A DNA stretch of 45,482 nucleotides from Chrysochromulina tobinii (Eukaryota), in assembly GCA_001275005.1 (NCBI GenBank), contig JWZX01002912.1, positions 1 through 45,482 of the forward strand, given 5' to 3'. The position numbers and the translations under genes were made by a program. Below, in pieces: positions 40,701-45,482 of the stretch (position 1 is the first letter of the stretch; every line of letters starts with the position of its first letter). Under the pieces are notes generated by a model that saw only the letters and a program-made list of their open reading frames with translations, made no database searches and was not told where the DNA came from.

Positions 40701-43700
40701 CTTTTCCCACATGGTGCTCGGCGCGGCGCTCACGCCCACCGCGGACGAAGAGGCTCAACTCGGCGCCGAGGTGTTGCGCGTCAACTTCGTCGGCGTGCTG
40801 CATGCACTCGAGCTCGCGAGGAGCGGTTCCAAATTTGGGTGCCCCGCACTGCCACGCGTCGTGCTGGTCTCGTCGGACGCGGTGCGCTGATGACCTCTGA
40901 TGACCTCTCTGATGAGCCTCTGATGAGCCTCTGATGACTTCTGATGGGCCTCCGATGACCTCTGATGACCTCCGATGACCTCTGATGACTTCTGATGACC
41001 TCTCTGATGACCTCTGATGACCTTCCTCATTAGGTGCTCTCCGCCCCGGAGCTCGGCGGTGCTCTCCACTCACGCGAGCGCGACGCCAACCCCGACGCAC
41101 CGAGCGTGCCGCTGTACGCCCTCTCCAAATTAGGGAGCGAGGGCGTCGCCGAGCGCTACGCGTCGCTCTACGGCATCGAAGTGGTCTCCGTTCGCTTCAG
41201 CGATGTCTACGGTCCGATGGCGACACCGGTTGCATGCTGATTGCATGCTGATTGCATGCTGATTGCATGCTGATTGCCTCCCTCATCAGGGCCGATGGAT
41301 CGCGACACTGGCGCGCGCAACCGGCACAACGCGCCGTACCACGTGGCGACGAGATTGAGCCGAGATGAGCCGCTCGTAATCTCGGGCGATCTCGAGGACG
41401 TCGGATGGGATTACGTGGACGCGTCGAGCGTCGCGCGCGCCGTCGTGGCGTTGCTCACGGCGCCGACACGCCCGGGACGGCGCGTGTACGAGATCGCACT
41501 TGGGCGGCCAGTGACGCACGGTCAGTCTCGTTGATGGCCTCTGATTGCCTCGGATGGAGATCGCACTTGGGCGGCCAGTGACGCACGGTCAGCACACTTT
41601 GATGGCCCCTCTGATGGCTTCCACTGGACTACTTTAGCCTTGATTACATGCTGATTGCCTCTGATGGCCCTTTCCACTGGACACCCATCCTTGATTGCAT
41701 GCTGATTGCCTCCCTCATCAGGTGAGCTGCTCGCGGCGGCGCTCGAGCTTCCGCTGGACCATCTGTTGCAATCTCCGAGCTTGCTGACTGCTCGCGGCAT
41801 CAGCCTGGTGAGCAAGTCGGATGTTCACACCGCGGTAGCCCATGTTCACACCCTCCCGCCCGACCATTGGCTCCACGCACGCCCGCTCGATACGGCGCCC
41901 CTACTTGCCGAGTTTGGATGGCGTCCAACGCCTCTCGGGACCGCGATGGCGGAGTACATGGCGTGGCTGCGCCGGCAAGCCTCGCCCGGGACGACGCTGG
42001 CGCCCGGGACGACGCTGGCGCCCGGGACGACGCTGGCGCCCGGGACGACGCTGGCGCCCGGGACGACGCTGGCGCCCGGGACGACGCTGGCGCCCAACGA
42101 AGCAGCTGCCGCCGCCGCCGGCACCGCTACTGCCGCCGTGTCGACGGCCGGCGCTGCCGCGAGCGCGCCCTCAGCATCGCACACCACACTCAGCATTGCC
42201 CTCGACACCGCCTCCGGACTTCCGATGACGTGTCATCCACTCGCTGTGGAACTCTTTGGCCGACGGTTACAGCCACTAGGCCAGCGTGCGGTGAGAGCCC
42301 CTCATAGTGATTGCGACGGATTGCGACTCATGGCGACTGAGTGCGACTGAGTGCGACTGAGTGCGACTGACTATGTGCAGCTGAGCGTCTTCGTACTCTC
42401 CGAGATCGAGGGGCTACTCCATCCTTGATTGCATGCTGATTGCCTCCCTCATCAGCTGAGCGTCTTCGTACTCTCCGAGATCGAGGGGCTACTCCATCCT
42501 TGATTGCATGCTGATTGCCTCCCTCATCAGGTGAGCGTCTTCGTACTCTCGGAGATCGAGGGGCTGCGGGATGCCTTTGCGCTGGCTGGCTTCGATCCGG
42601 GATGCATGGCTTGGCTCTCTGACGCCATCAGTGGCACTCTGACGGTGGCGGACGTGCAGGTAAGTCTCGTTGATCGCCTCTGATCGCCTCTGCTTGCCTC
42701 TGCTTGCCTCTGATCGCCTCTGATCGCCTCTGATCGCCTCTGGTTGCCTCTGGTTGCAGGCGTGTCTCGAGCACGCGGAGGTGATCATCGGCGAGCCAAA
42801 AGGATCAACGCTCGAGCTGCTCGCCGCAGCGCCCAATCTCCGATGGTTCCAGGCACGTGATGATTGCATGACTGATTGCATGCTGATTGCCTCCCTCATC
42901 AACTGCTCGCCGCAGCGCCCAATCTCCGATGGTTCCAGGCACGTGATGATTGCATGACTGATTGCATGCTGATTGCCTCCCTCATCAGCTGCTCGCCGCA
43001 GCGCCCAATCTCCGATGGTTCCAGGCATGTGATCGACAGCAGACAGGCTGTCACGGCTGGAAGACCTGATTGCCTACCTCATCAGGCGACCTTTGCTCGC
43101 GGTCACGGCAGCTCAGCTGATTGCCTCCCTCATCAGGCGACCTTTGCTGGCTGTAACGGCATGATGAGCATGCCTCTGCCGGTCGCTCCTTTCGTGACGA
43201 CGCGGCTCGGTGGGGCCTTAGGTGCGGACATTGCCGAGTACGTGGCGGCGCACGTGCTTGCCCTCGAGCGCGGGCTCGGCGTGCATGCAAGCGCTCAGCA
43301 GCGCGCGGCGTGGCCCGATGACGAAACCCGCCGGCGCTCGTACCGGCGGCTCCCGTCGCTCACGCTCGGGATTCTCGGGCTCGGAGATCTCGGACGTGCT
43401 GTCGCTCAGCGCCTCGGCCCTGGATGCCTCGGCATGCGTATCGTCGGCCTTCGACGGACAGGCTCGTCCGCCGGCGGAGTCTCGTCAACCGGCGGAGTCT
43501 CGTCAACCGGCGGAGTCTCGTCAACCGGCGGAGTCTCGTCAACCGGCGGGGTCTCGTCAACCGAGATGGGCGCCCGTGGCCCAGCCGAGGAGCCGACGGA
43601 GGGTTTGGTCAGCCGTATCTACGGGCCGACGGAGCTCGCGAGATTCCTCGGCGAGTGCGACTACATCGTCTCGCTCTTGCCCGACACGCCGGCCAGCCGC

Positions 43701-44104
43701 GGTCTGCTCGACCACGACGCCTTGGCGCCGTGTGCTACGAAGCAGCCGGTGCTCATCAACGCGGGGCGTGGCTCGCTCATCTCCGAGGCGGAGATCACGC
43801 GAGCTCTCGATCTCGGCTATCTGCGCCACGTGGTCGCCGACGTCTTCATGACCGAGCCGCTCCCCGCGTCCTCGCCCCTCTGGCGCCACCCGAAGGTGAC
43901 CATCACGACGCTGATTGCCACTGATGACGCTGATTGCCACTGATGACCTCGCCCCTCTGGCGCCACCCGAAGGTGACCATCACCCCCCACGTCGCGGCGG
44001 TGACGAAACCGGCTGACGTGGTCGCTTGCTTTGGGGAGAACCTGAAGAGGTACGCGGCGGGTGAGCCCCTCAAGTATGTCTTCGATCTGGAGCGCGCCTA
44101 TTAA
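37732..44104 (+). CDS. Composite ~1607-aa protein: PuuE-type allantoinase/polysaccharide deacetylase + 4 EF-hands + NAD-dependent epimerase + D-2-hydroxyacid dehydrogenase; exons 37732-38490, 38724-38917, 39102-40881, 41034-41211, 41290-41520, 41722-42290, 42531-42659, 42760-42852, 43137-43895, 43973-44104
   Basis: PuuE: RDLVGYG, NIEEG, EYGSRVG, HGYRW, YDSDAYNDELPYW, GLHPRLIGHP. EF-hands: DIDGSGVVSSKE, DADGSGDLTWDE (x2), DKNGDGKVSGKE. Epimerase: ITGGGGFV, VSSDAV, YALSK, VYGP. Dehydrogenase: LRWFQ|ATFAG, GLGDLG, LINAGRG, DVFMTEPLP, ITPHVA. The exons sum to 4824 nt in one open frame. Confidence 0.75.
40882..41033 (+). repeat. Intron with (CTGATGACCT)n array ending in variant acceptor TGACCTTCCTCATTAG
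   Basis: About 13 degenerate units; removal gives VSSDA|VLSAP. Confidence 0.85.
41983..42095 (+). repeat. Six perfect 18-bp coding repeats (PGTTLA)
   Basis: CGCCCGGGACGACGCTGG x6 in the epimerase-dehydrogenase linker. Confidence 0.95.
43471..43560 (+). repeat. Five 18-bp coding repeats (GGVSST)
   Basis: CCGGCGGAGTCTCGTCAA x5 inside the dehydrogenase domain. Confidence 0.95.
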
Positions 44105-44856
44105 GTCATGTCAAGTCAGCCCCTCAAGTATGTCTTCGATCTGGAGCGCGCCTATTAAGTCATGTCAAGTCAGCCCCTCAAGTATGTCTTCGATCTGGAG
44201 CGCGCCTACTGAGGCGCCTCTGGTGCTCCTGAGAGCTCATAGCCGAGATCGAGAGCTCGCATGATCTCCGCCTCGGAGATGAGCGTGCCACGACTAGAGT
44301 GAGGCGCCTCTCGAGAGCAATTGAGTTCTCCTTGAAGTTAGGACTCCGACAGAACTGTGCTCGATTCATCGGCCGCTGTGCTGAGCTCTAATTTTGGCGA
44401 CGCTGTGTGCGGAGCAGAACCTGCGAATATGTACTTATAAGGCGCTTGCTGCATATAACTTTACGGGATTGTGCGTTGTCGTGGGCGGGGGCACGATATC
44501 GTGGGATCTGACGATAACGCGACCGTCCCCCCGTCAATATCGCACAACGACCGACGAGTGGTAATGCTGAGCAGAGGGACAGGGAGCGCGTGCGGGTGCG
44601 CGAGGGCGAAGGGGTCAGGGAGCGCGGGCGAGATCATGGTTGGGTTTTTGTGACGAAAGTTCCGAACCTCATGGGCAATTTCCGGAAATTGCCCACGGAC
44701 TGTTCGAATGAACTTTTTGGTAGGGGGGACCGGACTGAACTTTTTTGGAAGGCACACACAGCGTCACTAAGCCGAAACTGGCGAGTTTCTGGACAGTGCG
44801 CTCGCGCGGCTCTGGACATTGCGCTCGGACGGCTGCCCTCAACGAGGCTTTGCAAC

Positions 44857-45482
44857 ATGCCGGAACACCACTTCATCAAACAGCAGCCACATCCGCCATG
44901 GGAGGACTCGCACCGGGCCATGCCTGGGCCCCCTGCACGCCCACCGTCTGAGTCGCCGCCCATCTCGAGCCCGCCCAGCCCACCCTCCTCTAGTCCCAGC
45001 GGCCGACGTGGCAGCAACGGCGGCGGTGCTGGACCCGATGCTAGTCACGGTGGTGGCGGGAGCTCGACGGCGGGCTCGGATGTGGCCTTGGATGCAGGCG
45101 CGACCTCGCGGGCCCGCGCTGCCTTCAGCGTGGTCTACGATGAGACCATCGATGCCGTCTTCAAGGCGGACTCAAAGGCAGCCGGGCTGGCCAAGCTGCG
45201 CCCTTATCTCGACGCGAACATGTCCAAAGAGAGCGCCGACGCCTTTCAGGAGTGCTGCGGGAAACTCTTCGTGCTCTCGCGTGTCCACACCTCGATGGCG
45301 CCAGAGGTCTCGTTCGCCAAGGTGCAAGAGATCACTGATGCCCTCAGCCGCGCGTGCTCGATGGCTAGCCACGCCGCGGCGCCGCTCGTCGCTGGCCTCG
45401 TGACTGGCCTCAAGCGCTTCGTCGAGCAGCGGATCCTTCCGAATGGCGCGCTCGATCATATCACCAAGCAAGGCTTCAGGCT
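44857..45482 (+). CDS. Hypothetical protein, partial (runs off the right edge)
   Basis: Manual translation stays open from ATG 44857 (or 44671/44920) to the end: MPEHHFIKQQPHPPWED...AFSVVYDETIDAVFKADSKAAGLAKLRPYLD... No family recognised. Confidence 0.55.
   Translation, partial: MPEHHFIKQQPHPPWEDSHRAMPGPPARPPSESPPISSPPSPPSSSPSGRRGSNGGGAGPDASHGGGGSSTAGSDVALDAGATSRARAAFSVVYDETIDAVFKADSKAAGLAKLRPYLDANMSKESADAFQECCGKLFVLSRVHTSMAPEVSFAKVQEITDALSRACSMASHAAAPLVAGLVTGLKRFVEQRILPNGALDHITKQGFR

Noticed and set aside
42378..43136. CRISPR-like pattern of a constant ~30-nt repeat with intervening sequences
   Set aside because: The 'spacers' are copies of adjacent exons rather than unique sequences, the context is eukaryotic introns, and there are no cas genes.

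Overview
GC-rich, gene-dense eukaryotic DNA, probably a haptophyte alga (inferred from composition, plastid-type presequences and a GC-AG intron; not proven). It holds about 20 protein-coding genes, many in head-to-head pairs. They include a two-domain phosphoglycerate mutase, a TPR protein, a Cof-type HAD, two tandem Myb/zinc-knuckle paralogues, an FKBP, a CRAL-TRIO protein, a DOT1-like methyltransferase, UDP-sugar pyrophosphorylase, a GNAT, DUF1295, a SMIM14-like protein, a GT2-like protein, an FHA protein and a Pro-rich EF-hand protein. A 10-exon, ~1607-aa composite joins PuuE-type allantoinase, 4 EF-hands, an NAD-epimerase and a D-2-hydroxyacid dehydrogenase. The 5' end of a probable LTR retrotransposon lies at the left edge. 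The strongest signal is in the 18 introns I could reconstruct, which draw on three recurring parts: a copy of the neighbouring exon border (11 of 18), arrays of 10-11-nt CTGA(T/C/G) repeats, and a shared acceptor cassette TGATTGCCTCCCTCATCAG (about 13 copies, all intronic and on the host sense strand). Such units are sometimes stacked several times at one site. This looks like an active intron-creating or intron-growing process unlike classical TIR-bounded introners. All gene models are manual and need RNA-seq confirmation.
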